64,000 bases of DNA, taken from NCBI RefSeq assembly GCF_009914755.1, contig NC_060948.1, one strand, 5' to 3'. Positions within the stretch are counted from its first letter, which is position 1. Every line of letters starts with the position of its first letter. A program made the position numbers and the translations under genes. Shown piece by piece: positions 10,683 through 24,882 of this stretch. The notes beneath the pieces are model-generated. The model was given only the letters and a program-made list of their open reading frames with translations, ran no database searches and was not told the DNA's origin. This DNA comes from the human T2T-CHM13v2.0 reference genome, Homo sapiens.

Positions 10683-13600
10683 ATGGAATGGGAACGAATG
10701 GAATGGAATGGAAAGGAATGGAATCGAATGTAAAGGAATCGAACGGAAGGGAATGAAATTGAATCAACAGGAATGGAAGGGAATAGAATAGACTGTAATG
10801 GAATGGACACGAATAGAATGGACACGAATGCTCAAATTGAATGGACTCGAATGGAATGGAAAGGAAAGGAAAGTCACCGAATGGAATTGAATCGATTGGA
10901 ATGAAATCGCATAGAATGGAGTGGAATCAAATGGAATTGAATCGAAAGGAAAGGAAGCGAATGGACTGAAATGAAATGGAATGGAATTGAATGGAAAGTA
11001 ATGCAATGGAATAGAATGGAACGAAATTTCACGGAATGGAATCAAACTGAATGGAATCAAATCAACGGAATCTAATCAAATGGAATGGAAAGGAATTGAA
11101 TGGAGTATATTGGATTGGATGGGATTGGAATGAAATGTACTGGAAAGGACTCGAATTTCATGAAACGGAATGGAATGAATTGGAACGGAATGGACTCGAA
11201 TGGAATGGAATGACATGGAATGGCATCAAATGGAATGGCATCAAATGGAATGGAATCGAATACAATGGAATGCTATGGAATGGAATGGAATGCATTGGAA
11301 TGGAATGTCCTCTAATGGAATGGATTCGAGTGGAATGGAATCGAATATAATGGAGTCGAATGAAATGGAATTGAAAGGAATGGGATCGAATAGAATGGAA
11401 TATACTGGAATGTAATGTAATGAACTCGAATGTAATTGACTGGAATGGAATGTACTTGAATGGAATGTAATCGAATGGAAAGTAATCCAATGGAATAGAA
11501 TCTAATGCAATAAAATCGACTCAGATAGAGTAGAATGTAATGGAATGGAGTGCAGTGCAATGGAATGGATTGGAATGGAATGCAATGGAATGGAATGGAA
11601 TGGAATGGAATGGAATGGAATGGAATGGAATGGGATGGAATGGGATGGAATGGTATGGAATGGATAGTAATGGACTGGAGTGAAATGGACTGGAAAGGAA
11701 TGGACTCAAATTGAAAGGGCTCGAAAGGAATGGAGACAAATGAAATGGTCTGGAATGGAATGAACACGAATGTAATGCAATCCAATAGAATGGAGTCGAA
11801 TGGCATGGAATATAAAGAAATGGAATCGAAGAGAATGGAAACAAATGGAATGGAATTGAATGGAATGGAATTGAATGGAATGGGAACGAATGGAGTGAAA
11901 TTGTATGCAGTAGAAGAGAATAGAATGGAATGCAAGCGAAAGGAAAGGAATGGATTGGAATGGAATAGAATTCATTGGAATGGAAGGGAATGTAGTGTAA
12001 TGGACAGGCCTGGAATAAAGTGGAATGCTACGGTCTCGAATGGAATAAAAATGTATGGAATGGAATGCAATGAAACGGAATCGAATGTCATAGAATGTAA
12101 TGGAATGCAAAAAAATGGACTCCAAAATCATTGACTGGAAAGGCTGGGTGTCGAAAGGAATTGACTCCAATGGAATGGAATCGAATGGAATGGAAGTGAA
12201 TAGAATCAAACTAAATCGAATGGAATGGAATTGATAGGAACGGAATGGAAAGGAATGCAATGATTTGGCATGGAATGGAATCGAATGGCATCAAATGGAA
12301 TGGAATGGAATGCAATGGAATGGAATGTATTAGAATATAATGAACTTTAATGGAATGTACTCGAATGGATTCGACTGGAATGGAATGTTCTGGAAGTGAA
12401 TGGACTCCAATGGAATGGATTCCAAAGGAATGGAATCGTACGGAATGGAATCTAATGGAATGGAATTAAATGGAAATGAATCAAATTGAATAGCACGGAA
12501 TTGAATTGAATGGAATGGAATGCAATGGAATCTAATGAAACGGAAAGGAAAGGAATGCAATGGAATGGAATGGGCTGGAATGGAAAGGAATCGAAACGAA
12601 TGGAATGGAATCGAACTGAAGAGACTGGAATGGAAAGCACTGGAATGGAAGGGAGTGTAATGGAAGGTTCTCGAAAAAAATGGAATCAAATGGAATGGAA
12701 TTGAATGGAACGGAATAGAGTCGAATGCAATTGAATGGAATGGAATGGACTAGAGTGAAATGGAATCGAACCACAAGGAATGGACAGGAATAGAATGGTC
12801 TCGAATTGAATGGAATCGTATGGAATGGCATCAAACGGAATGGAATGGACAGCCACGGAATGGAATGCACTCGAATGCAATGGAGTCGAAACTAATGGAC
12901 TGGAATAGAATGGATTCGACTGGTACGGACTCCAATGGAATGGAATCGAATGGAAGGGAATCGAACGGAATGGACTCGAAGGGAAAAGACTGCAATGGAA
13001 AGGTCTCGAATGGAATGGAAATTAATGGAATGGAATGGAATCGAATGAAATGGAGTCAAAAGGAATGGAATCGAATGGCAAGAAATCAAATGTAATGGAA
13101 TCGCAAGGAATTGATGTGAACGGAACGGAATGGAATGGAATCCAAAGGAATGGAATAGAATGGAATGGAATCGAATGGAAAGGACTCGAATGGAAATCAC
13201 TCGAATAGAATGCAATTTAATAAAATAGGATCAAATGTAATGGAATGGAATGGAAAGGAATCGAAACGAAAGGAATGGAGACAGATGGAATGGAATGGAA
13301 CAGAGAGCAATGGTATAGAATGGAATGGAATCATCTGGAATGGAATTGAATGGAATGGAATAATATGAAATGGAATGGAATGGAATGGAATGGAATGCCC
13401 TTGAATTAAATGGACTGGAATGGAATGGACTCGAACAGAGTGGAATGGAAAGTGTTGAGATAGAATGGAATGGACTCCTTTGGAATGGTGTAGTATGCAA
13501 TGTAATCGACTGGCAGGGAATCAAAAGGAATGTAATCGAATGGATTGGACTGGAATGCAATGGACTCGAATAGATTGGAAACGGAATGCAAAGGAATGGA

Positions 13601-14261
13601 ATGGAATAGTATGGAATGGAATGGAAAGGAATGGAGTGGAATAGACTAGAGTGGAATGGAATGGACTGGAAAGCAATGGACTGGAATGGAACTTTCTTGA
13701 ATGGACTGGAATCAAACGGAATGGAATGCAATGCAATCAAATGGCATGGAATAAAATAGAATGAAAGAGAATCAAATGGAATTGAATCGAATGGAATCGA
13801 ATGGATTGGAAAGGAATAGAATGGAATGGAATGGAATGGACTCAAATGGAATGGACTAGAATGGAATGGATTCGAATGGAAGGCAAAGGAATGGAATCTA
13901 TTGGAATGGACTGTAATGGAATGGAATGGAAGGGATTGGAATGGACTCGAATGGAATGGACTGCAATAGAAAGGATTCGAATGGAATGAAAAAGAATTGA
14001 ATGGAATAGAACAGAATGGAATCAAATCGAATGAAATGGAATGGAATAGAAAGGAATGGAATGAAATGGAATGGAAAGGATTCGAATGGAATGCAAACGA
14101 ATGGAATGGAATCGAACGGAATGGAATAAAATGGAAGAAAACTGGCAAGAAATGGAATCGAAATGAATGGAGTGTTATGGAATGGACTCAAAAGGAATTG
14201 AATGTAATAGAATGGAGTGGAGTGGACTCGAATATAATGGACTGGAATGGAATGAAATCAC
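10683..14261 (+). repeat. DYZ1 unit 4 (3579 bp)
   Basis: Anchor spacing; has the longest variable pentamer interval (~11557-11655). Confidence 0.92.
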
Positions 14262-17200
14262 ATGGAATGGGAACGAATGGAATGGAATGGAAAGGAATGG
14301 AATCGAATGGAAAGGAATCGAATGGAAGGGAATGAAATTGAACCAACAGGAATGGAAGGGAATAGAATAGACGGTAATGGAATGGACTCGAATAGAATGG
14401 ACACGAATGCTCAAATTGAATGGACTCGAATGGAATGGAAACGAAAGGAATGTCATCGAATGGAATTGAATCGATTGGAATGAAATCGCATAGAATGGAG
14501 TGGAATCAAATGGAATTGAATCGAAAGGAAAGGAAGCGAATGGACTGAAATGAAATGGAATGGAATTGAATGGAAAGTAATGCAATGGAATAGAATGGAA
14601 CGAAATTTCACGGAATGGAATCAAACTGAATGGAATCAAATCAATGGAATCTAATCAAATGGAATGGAAAGGAATTGAATGGAGTATATTGGATTGGATG
14701 GGATTGGAATGAAATGTACTGGAAAGGACTCGAATTTCATGAAACGGAATGGAATGAATTGGAACGGAATGGACTCGAATGGAATGGAATGTCATGGAAT
14801 GGCATCAAATGGAATGGCATCAAATGGAATGGAATCGAATGCAATGGAATGCTCTGGAATGGAATGGAATGCATTGGAATGGAATGTCCTCTAATGGAAT
14901 GGATTCGAGTGGAATGGAATCGAATATAATGGAGTCGAATGAAATGGAATTGAAAAGAATGGGATCGAATACAATGGAATATACAGGAATGTAATGTAAT
15001 GAACTCGAATGTAATTGACTGGAATGGAATGTACATAAATGGAATGTAATCGAATGGAAAGTAATCCAATGGAATAGAATGTAATGCAATAAAATCGACT
15101 CAGATAGAGTAGAATGTAATGGAATGGAGTGTAGTGCAATGGAATGGAATGGAATGGAATGCAATGGAATGGAATGGAATGGAATGGAATGGGATGGAAT
15201 GGTATGGAATGGATAGTAATGGACTGGAGTGAAATGGACTGGAAAGGAGTGGACTCAAATTGAAAGGGCTCGAAAGGAATGGAGACAAATGGAATGGTCT
15301 GGAATGGAATGAACACGAATGTAATGCAATCCAATAGAATGGAGTCGAATGGCAGGGAATATAAAGAAATGGAATCGAAGAGAATGGAAACAAATGGAAT
15401 GGAATTGAATGGAATGGAATTGAATGGAATGGGAACGAATGGAGTGAAATTGTATGCAGTAGAAGAGAATAGAATGGAATGCAAGCGAAAGGAAAGGAAT
15501 GGATTGGAATGGAATGGAATTCATTGGAATGGAAGGGAATGTAGTGTAATGGACAGGCCTGGAATAAAGTGGAATGCTACGGTCTTGAATGGAATAAAAA
15601 TGTATGGAATGGAATGCAATGAAACGGAATCGAATGTCATAGAATGTAATGCAATGCAAAAAAATGGAATCCAAAATCATTGACTGGAAAGTCTGGGTGT
15701 CGAAAGGAATTGACTCCAATGGAATGGAATCGAATGGAATGGAAGTGAATAGAATCAAACTAAATCGAATGGAATGGAATTGATAGGAACGGAATGGAAA
15801 GGAATGCAATGATTTGGCATGGAATGGAATCGAATGTCTTCAAATGGAATGGAATGGAATGCAATGGAATGGAATGTATTAGAATGTAATGAACTTTAAT
15901 GGAATATACTCGAATGGATTCGACTGGAATGGAATGTTCTGGAAGTGAATGGACTCCAATGGAATGGATTCAAAAGGAATGGAATCGTACGGAATGGAAT
16001 CTAATGGAATGGAATTAAATGGAAATGAATCAAATTGAATAGCACGGAATTGAATTGAATGGAATGGAATGCAATGGAATCTAATGAAACGGAAAGGAAA
16101 GGAATGCAATGGAATGGAATGGGCTGGAATGGAAAGGAATCGAAACGAATGGAATGGAATCGAACTGAAGAGACTGGAATGGAAAGCACTGGAATGGAAG
16201 GGAGTGTAATGTAAGGTTCTCGAAAAAAATGGAATCGAATGGAATGCAATTGAATGGAACGGAATAGAGTCGAATGCAATTGAATGGAATGGAATGGACT
16301 AGAGTGAAATGGAATCGAACCACAAGGAATGGACAGGAATAGAATGGTCTCGAATTGAATGGAATCGTATGGAATGGCATCAAACGGAATGGAATGGACA
16401 GCCACGGAATGGAATGCACTCGAATGCAATGGAGTCGAAACTAATGGACTGGAATAGAATAGACTCGACTGGTAAGGACTCCAATGGAATGGAATCGAAT
16501 GGAAGGGAAACGAACGGAATGGACTCGAGGGGAAAAGACTGCAATGGAAAGGTCTCGAATGGAATGGAAATTAATGGAATGGAATGGAATCGAATGAAAT
16601 GGAGGCAAAAGGAATGGAATCGAATGGCAAGAAATCGAATGTAATGGAATCGCAAGGAATTGATGTGAACGGAACGGAATGGAATGGAATCCAAAGGAAT
16701 GGAATAGAATGGAATGGAATCGAAAGGAAAGGACTCGAATGGAAATCACTCGAATAGAATGAAATTTAATAAAATAGGATCAAATGTAATGGAATGGAAT
16801 GGAAAGTAATCGAAACCAAAGGAATGGAGACAGATGGAATGGAATGGAACACAGAGCAATGGTATAGAATGGAATGGAATCATCTGGAATGGAATTGAAT
16901 GGAATGGAATAATAAGAAATGGAATGGAATGAAATGGAATGCCCTTGAATTAAATGGACTGGAATGGAATGGACTCCAACAGAGTGGAATGGAAAGTGTT
17001 GAGATAGAATGGAATGGACTCGTTTGGAATGGTCTAGTATGCAATGCAATCGACTGGCAGGGAATCAAAAGGAATGTAATCGAATGGATTGGACTGGAAT
17101 GCAATGGACTCGAATAGATTGGAAACGGAATGCAAAGGAATGGAATGGAATAGTATGGAATGGAATGGAAAGGAATGGAGTGGAATAGACTAGAGTGGAA

Positions 17201-17805
17201 TGGAATGGACTCGAAAGCAATGGACTGGAATGGAACTTTCTTGAATGGACTGGAATCAAACGGAATGGAATGCAATGCAATCAAATGACATGGAATAAGA
17301 TAGAATGAAAGAGAATCAAATGGAATTAAATCGAATGGAATCGAATGGATTGGAAAGGAATAGAATGGAATGGAATGGAATTGACTCAAATGGAATGGAC
17401 TAGAATGGAATGGATTCGAATGGAAGGCAAAGGAATGGAATCTATTGGAATGGACTGTAATGGAATGCAATGGAAGGGATTGGAATGGACTCGAATGGAA
17501 TGGACTGCAATAGAAAGGATTCGAATGGAATGAAAAAGAATTGAATGGAATAGAACAGAATGGAATCAAATCGAATGAAATGGAATGGAATAGAAAGGAA
17601 TGGAATGAAATGGAATGGAAAGGATTCGAATGGAATGCAATCGAATGGAATGGAATCGAACGGAATGGAATAAAATGGAAGAAAACTGGCAAGAAATGGA
17701 ATCGAAATGAATGGAGTGTTATGGAACGGACTCAAAAGGAATTGAATGTAATAGAATGGAGTGGAGTGGACTCGAATATAATGGACTGGAATGGAATGAA
17801 ATCAC
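14262..17805 (+). repeat. DYZ1 unit 5 (3544 bp)
   Basis: Anchor spacing; many private substitutions (e.g. gaatgtcttcaaa ~15832-15844). Confidence 0.92.
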
Positions 17806-20800
17806 ATGGAATGGGAACGAATGGAATGGAATGGAAAGGAATGGAATCGAATGGAAAGGAATCGAATGGAAGGGAATGAAATTGAATCAACAGGAATGGA
17901 AGGGAATAGAATAGACGGTAATGGAATGGACTCGAATAGAATGGACACGAATGCTCAAATTGAATGGACTCGAATGGAATGGAAACGAAAGGAATGTCAT
18001 CGAATGGAATTGAATCGATTGGAATGAAATCACATAGAATGGAGTGGAATCAAATGGAATTGAATCGAAAGGAAAGGAAGCGAATGGACTGAAATGAAAT
18101 GGAATGGAATTGAATGGAAAGTAATGCAATGGAATAGAATGGAACGAAATTTCACGGAACGGAATCAAACTGAATGGAATCAAATCAATGGAATCTAATC
18201 AAATGGAATGGAAAGGAATTGAATGGAGTAGATTGGATTGGATGGGATTGGAATGAAATGTACTGGAAAGGACTCGAATTTCATGAAACGGAATGGAATG
18301 AATTGGAACGGAAGGGACTCGAATGGAATGGAATGTCATGGAATGGCATCAAATGGAATGGCATCAAATGGAATGGAATCGAATGCAATGGAATGTTATG
18401 GAATGGAATGGAATGCATTGGAATGGAATGTCCTCTAATGGAATGGATTCGAGTGGAATGGAATCGAATATAATGGAGTCGAATGAAATGGAATTGAAAA
18501 GAATGGGATCGAATACAATGGAATATACTGGAATGAAATGTAATGAACTCGAATGTAATTGACTGGAATGGAATGTACATGAATGGAATGTAATCGAATG
18601 GAAAGTAATCCAATGGAATAGAATCTAATGCAATAAAATCGACTCAGATACAGTAGAATGTAATGGAATGGAGTGCAGTGCAATGGAATGGAATGGAATG
18701 GAATGCAATGGAATGGAATGGAATGGAATGGAATGGGATGGAATGGTATGGAATGGATAGTAATGGACTGGAATGAAATGGACTGGAAAGGGATGGACTC
18801 AAATTGAAAGGGCTCGAAAGGAATGGAGACAAATGGAATGGTCTGGAATGGAATGAACACGAATGTAATGCAATCCAATAGAATGGAGTCGAATGGCATG
18901 GAATATAAAGAAATGGAATCGAAGAGAATGGAAACAAATGGAATGGAATTGAATGGAATGGAATTGAATGGAATGGGAACGAATGGAGTGAAATTGTATG
19001 CAGTAGAAGAGAATAGAATGGAATGCAAGCGAAAGGAAAGGAATGGATTGGAATGGAATGGAATTCATTGGAATGGAAGGGAATGTAGTGTAATGGACAG
19101 GCCAGGAATAAAGTGGAATGCTACGGTCTCGAATGGAATAAAAATGTATGGAATGGAATGCAATGAAACGGAATCGAATGTCATAGAATGTAATGGAATG
19201 CAAAAAAATGGACTCCAAAATCATTGACTGGAAAGGCTGGGTGTCGAAAGGAATTGACTCCAATGGAATGGAATCGAATGGAATGGAAGTGAATAGAATC
19301 AAACTAAATCGAATGGAATGGAATTGATAGGAACGGAATGGAAAGGAATGCAATGATTTGGCATGGAATGGAATCGAATGGCATCGAATGGAATGGAATG
19401 GAATGCAATGGAATGGAATGTATTAGAATGTAATGAACTTTAATGGAATGTACTCGAATGGATTCGACTGGAATGGAATGTTCTGGAAGTGAATGGACTC
19501 CAATGGAATGGATTCAAAAGGAATGGAATTGTACGGAATGGAATCTAATGGAATGGAATTAAATGGAAATGAATCAAATTGAATAGCACGGAATTGAATT
19601 GAATGGAATGGAATGCAATGGAATCTAATGAAACGGAAAGGAAAGGAATGGAATGGAATGGAATGGGCTGGAATGGAAAGGAATCGAAACGAATGGAATG
19701 GAATCGAACTGAAGAGACTGGAATGGAATGCACTGGAATGGAAGGGAGTGTAATGGAAGGTTCTCGAAAAAAAAGGAATCGAATGGAATGGAATTGAATG
19801 GAACGGAATAGAGTCGAATGGAATTGAATGGAATGGAATGGACTAGAGTGAAATGGAATCGAACCACAAGGAATGGGCAGGAATAGAATGGTCTCGAATT
19901 GAATGGAATCGTATGGAATGGCATCAAACGGAATGGAATGGACAGCCCCGGAATGGAATGCACTCGAATGCAATGGAGTCGAAACTAATGGACTGGAATA
20001 GAATGGACTCGACTGTTACGGACTCCAATGGAATGGAATCGAATGGAAGGGAATCGAACGGAATGGACTCGAAGGGAAAAGACTGCAATGGAAAGGTCTC
20101 GAATGGAATGGAAATTAATGGAATGGAATGGAATCGAATGAAATGGAGTCAAAAGGAATGGATTCGAAGGGCAAGAAATCGAATGTAATGGAATCGCAAG
20201 GAATTGATGTGAACGGAACGGAATGGAATGGAATCCAAAGGAATGGAATAGAATGGAATGGAATCGAATGGAAAGGACTCAAATGGAAATCACTCGAATA
20301 GAATGCAATTTAATAAAATAGGATCAAATGTAATGGAATGGAATGGAAAGGAATCGAAACGAAAGGAATGGAGACAGATGGAATGGAATGGAACAGAGAG
20401 CAATGGTATAGAATGGAATGGAATCATCTGGAATGGAATTGAATGGAATGGAATAATATGAAATGGAATGGAATGGAATGGAATGGAATGCCCTCGAATT
20501 AAATGGACTGGAATGGAATGGACTCGAACAGAGTGGAATGGAAAGTGTTGAGATAGAATGGAATGGACTCCTTTGGAATGGTGTAGTATGCAATGCAATC
20601 GACTGGCAGGGAATCAAAAGGAATGTAATCGAATGGATTGGACTGGAATGCAATGGACTCGAATAGATTGGAAACGGAATGCAAAGGAATGGAATGGAAT
20701 AGTATGGAATGGAATGGAAAGGAATGGAGTGGAATAGACTAGAGTGGAATGGAATGGACTGGAAAGCAATGGACTGGAATGGAACTTTCTTGAATGGACT

Positions 20801-21354
20801 GGAATCAAACGGAATGGAATGCAATGCAATCAAATGGCATGGAATAAAATAGAATGAAAGAGAATCAAATGGAATTGAATCGAATGGAATCGAATGGATT
20901 GGAAAGGAATAGAATGGAATGGAATGGAATTGACTCAAATGGAATGGACTAGAATGGAATGGATTCGAATGGAAGGCAAAGGAATGGAATCTATTGGAAT
21001 GGACTGTAATGGAATGGAATGGAAGGGATTGGAATGGACTCGAATGGAATGGACTGCAATAGAAAGGATTCGAATGGAATGAAAAAGAATTGAATGGAAT
21101 AGAACAGAATGGAATCAAATCGAATGAAATGGAATGGAATAGAAAGGAATGGAATGAAATGGAATGGAAAGGATTCGAATGGAATGCAATCGAATGGAAT
21201 GGAATCGAACGGAATGGAATAAAATGGAAGAAAACTGGCAAGAAATGGAATCGAAATGAATGGAGTGTTATGGAACGGACTCAAAAGGAATTGAATGTAA
21301 TAGAATGGAGTGGAGTGGACTCGAATATAATGGACTGGAATGGAATGAAATCAC
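17806..21354 (+). repeat. DYZ1 unit 6 (3549 bp)
   Basis: Anchor spacing; StuI site changed to AGGCCA (~19099-19104). Confidence 0.92.
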
Positions 21355-24300
21355 ATGGAATGGGAACGAATGGAATGGAATGGAAAGGAATGGAATCGAA
21401 TGGAAAGGAATCGAATGGAAGGGAATGAAATTGAATCAACAGGAATGGAAGGGAATAGAATAGACGGTAATGGAATGGACTCGAATAGAATGGACACGAA
21501 TGCTCAAATTGAATGGACTCGAAAGGAATGGAAAGGAAAGGAATGTCATCGAATGGAATTGAATCGATTGGAATGAAATCGCATAGAATGGAGTGGAATC
21601 AAATGGAATTGAATCGAAAGGAAAGGAAGCGAATGGACTGATATGAAATGGAATGGAATTGAATGGAAATTAATGCAATGGAATATAATGGAACGAAATT
21701 TCACGGAATGGAATCAAACTGAATGGAATCAAATCAATGGAATCTAATCAAATGGAATGGAAAGGAATTGAATGGAGTAGATTGGATTGGATGGGATTGG
21801 AATGAAATGTACTGGAAAGGACTCGAATTTCATGAAACGGAATGGAATGAATTGGAACGGAATGGACTCGAATGGAATGGAATGTCATGGAATGGCATCA
21901 AATGGAATGGCATCAAATGGAATGGAATCGAATGCAATGGAATGCTATGGAATGGAATGGAATGCATTGGAATGGAATGTCCTCTAATGGAATGGATTCG
22001 AGTGGAATGGAATCGAATATAATGGAGTCGAATGAAATGGAATTGAAAGGAATGGGATCGAATAGAATAGAATATACTGGAATGTAATGTAATGAACTCG
22101 AATGTAATTGACTGGAATGGAATGTACATGAATGGAATGTAATCGAATGGAAAGTAATCCAATGGAATAGAATCTAATGCAATAAAATCGACTCAAATAG
22201 AGTAGAATGTAATGGAATGGAGTGCAGTGCAATGGAATGCAATGGAATGGAATGGAATGGAATGGAATGGGATGGAATGGTATGGAATGGATAGTAATGG
22301 ACTGGAGTGAAATGGACTGGAAAGGAATGGACTCAAATTGAAAGGGCTCGAAAGGAATGGAGTCAAATGGAATGGTCTGGAATGGAATGAACACGAATGT
22401 AATGCAATCCAATAGAATGGAATCGAATGGCATGGAATATAAAGAAATGGAATCGAAGAGAATGGAAACAAATGGAATGGAATTGAATGGAATGGAATTG
22501 AATGGAATGGGAACGAATGGAGTGAAATTGTATGCAGTAGAAGAGAATAGAATGGAATGCAAGCGAAAGGAAAGGAATGGATTGGAATGGAATGGAATTC
22601 ATTGGAATGGAAGGGAATGTAGTGTAATGGACAGGCCTGGAATAAAGTGGAATGCTACGGTCTCGAATGGAATAAAAATGTATGGAATGGAATGCAATGA
22701 AACGGAATCGAATGTCATAGAATGTAATGGAATGCAAAAAATGGAATCCAAAATCATTGACTGGAAAGGCTGGGTGTCGAAAGGAATTGACTCCAATGGA
22801 ATGGAATCGAATGGAATGGAAGTGAATAGAATCGAACTAAATCGAATGGAATGGAATTGATAGGAACGGAATGGAAAGGAATGCAATGATTTGGCATGGA
22901 ATGGAATCGAATGGCATCGAATGGAATGGAATGGAATGAAATGGAATGGAATGTGTTAGAATGTAATGAACTTTAATGGAATGTACTCGAATGGATTCGA
23001 CTGGAATGGAATGTTCTGGAAGTGAATGGACTCCAATGGAATGGATTCAAAAGGAATGGAATCGTACGGAATGGAATCTAATGGAATGGAATTAAATGGA
23101 AATGAATCAAATGGAATAGCACGGAATTGAATTGAATGGAATGGAATGCAATGGAATCTAATGAAACGGAAAGGAAAGGAATGGAATGGAATGGAATGGG
23201 CCTGAATGGAAAGGAATCGAAATGAATGGAATGGAATCGAACTGAAGAGACTGGAATGGAATGCACTGGAATGGAAGGGAGTGTAATGGAAGGTTCTCGA
23301 AAAAAATGGAATGGAATGGAATGGAATTGAATGGAACGGAATAGAGTTGAATGGAATTGAATGGAATGGAATGGACTAGAGTGAAATGGAATCGAACCAC
23401 AAGGAATGGACAGGAATAGAATGGTCTCAAATTGAATGGAATCGTATGGAATGGCATCAAACGGAATGGAATGGACAGCCACGGAATGGAATGCACTCGA
23501 ATGCAATGGAGTCGAAACTAATGGACTGGAATAGAATGGACTCGACTGGTACGGACTCCAATGGAATGGAATCGAATGGAAGGGAATCGAACGGAATGGA
23601 CTCGAAGGGAAAAGACTGCAATGGAAAGGTCTCGAATGGAATGGAAATTAATGGAATGGAATGGAATCGAATGAAATGGAGTCAAAAGGAATGGAATCGA
23701 ATGGCAAGAAATCGAATGTAATGGAATCACAAGGAATTGATGTGAACGGAACGGAATGGAATGGAATCCAAAGGAATGGAATAGAATGGAATGGAATCGA
23801 ATGGAAAGGACTCGAATGGAAATCACTCGAATAGAATGCAATTTAATAAAATAGGATCAAATGTAATGGAATGGAATGGAAAGGAATCGAAACGAAAGGA
23901 ATGGAGACAGATGGAATGGAATGGAACAGAGAGCAATGGTATAGAATGGAATGGAATCATCTGGAATGGAATTGAATGGAATGGAATAATATGAAATGGA
24001 ATGGAATGGAATGGAATGGAAAGGAATGCCCTTGAATCAAATGGAATGGACTCGAACAGAGTGGAATGGAAAGTGTTGAGATAGCATGGAATGGACTCCT
24101 TCGGAATGGTCTAGTATGCAATGCAATCGACTGGCAGGGAATCAAAAGGAATGTAATGGAATGGATTGGACTGGAATGCAATGGACTCGAATAGATTGGA
24201 AACGGAATGCAAAGGAATGGAATGGAATAGTATGGAATGGAATGGAAAGGAATGGAGTGGAATAGACTAGAGTGGAATGGAATGGACTGGAAAGCAATGG

Positions 24301-24882
24301 ACTGGAATGGAACTTTCTTGAATGGACTGGAATCAAACGGAATGGAATGCAATGCAATCAAATGGCATGGAATAAAATAGAATGAAAGAGAATCAAATGG
24401 AATTGAATCGAATGGAATCGAATGGATTGGAAAGGAATAGAATGGAATGGAATGGAATGGACTCAAATGGAATGGACTAGAATGGAATGGATTCGAATGG
24501 AAGGCAAAGGAATGGAATCTATTGGAATGGACTGTAATGGAATGGAATGGAAGTGATTGGAATGGACTCGAATGGAATGGACTGCAATAGAAAGGATTCG
24601 AATGGAATGAAAAAGAATTGAATGGAATAGAACAGAATGGAATCAAATCGAATGAAATGGAATGGAATAGAAAGGAATGGAATGAAATGGAATGGAAAGG
24701 ATTCGAATGGAACGCAATCGAATGGAATGGAATCGAACGGAATGGAATAAAATGGAAGAAAACTGGCAAGAAATGGAATCGAAATGAATGGAGTGTTATG
24801 GAACGGACTCAAAAGGAATTGAATGTAATAGAATGGAGTGGAGTGGACTCGAATATAATGGACTGGAATGGAATGAAATCAC
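21355..24882 (+). repeat. DYZ1 unit 7 (3528 bp)
   Basis: Anchor spacing; short pentamer tract, A6 instead of A7 near 22736, 10-bp deletion near 24040. Confidence 0.92.
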
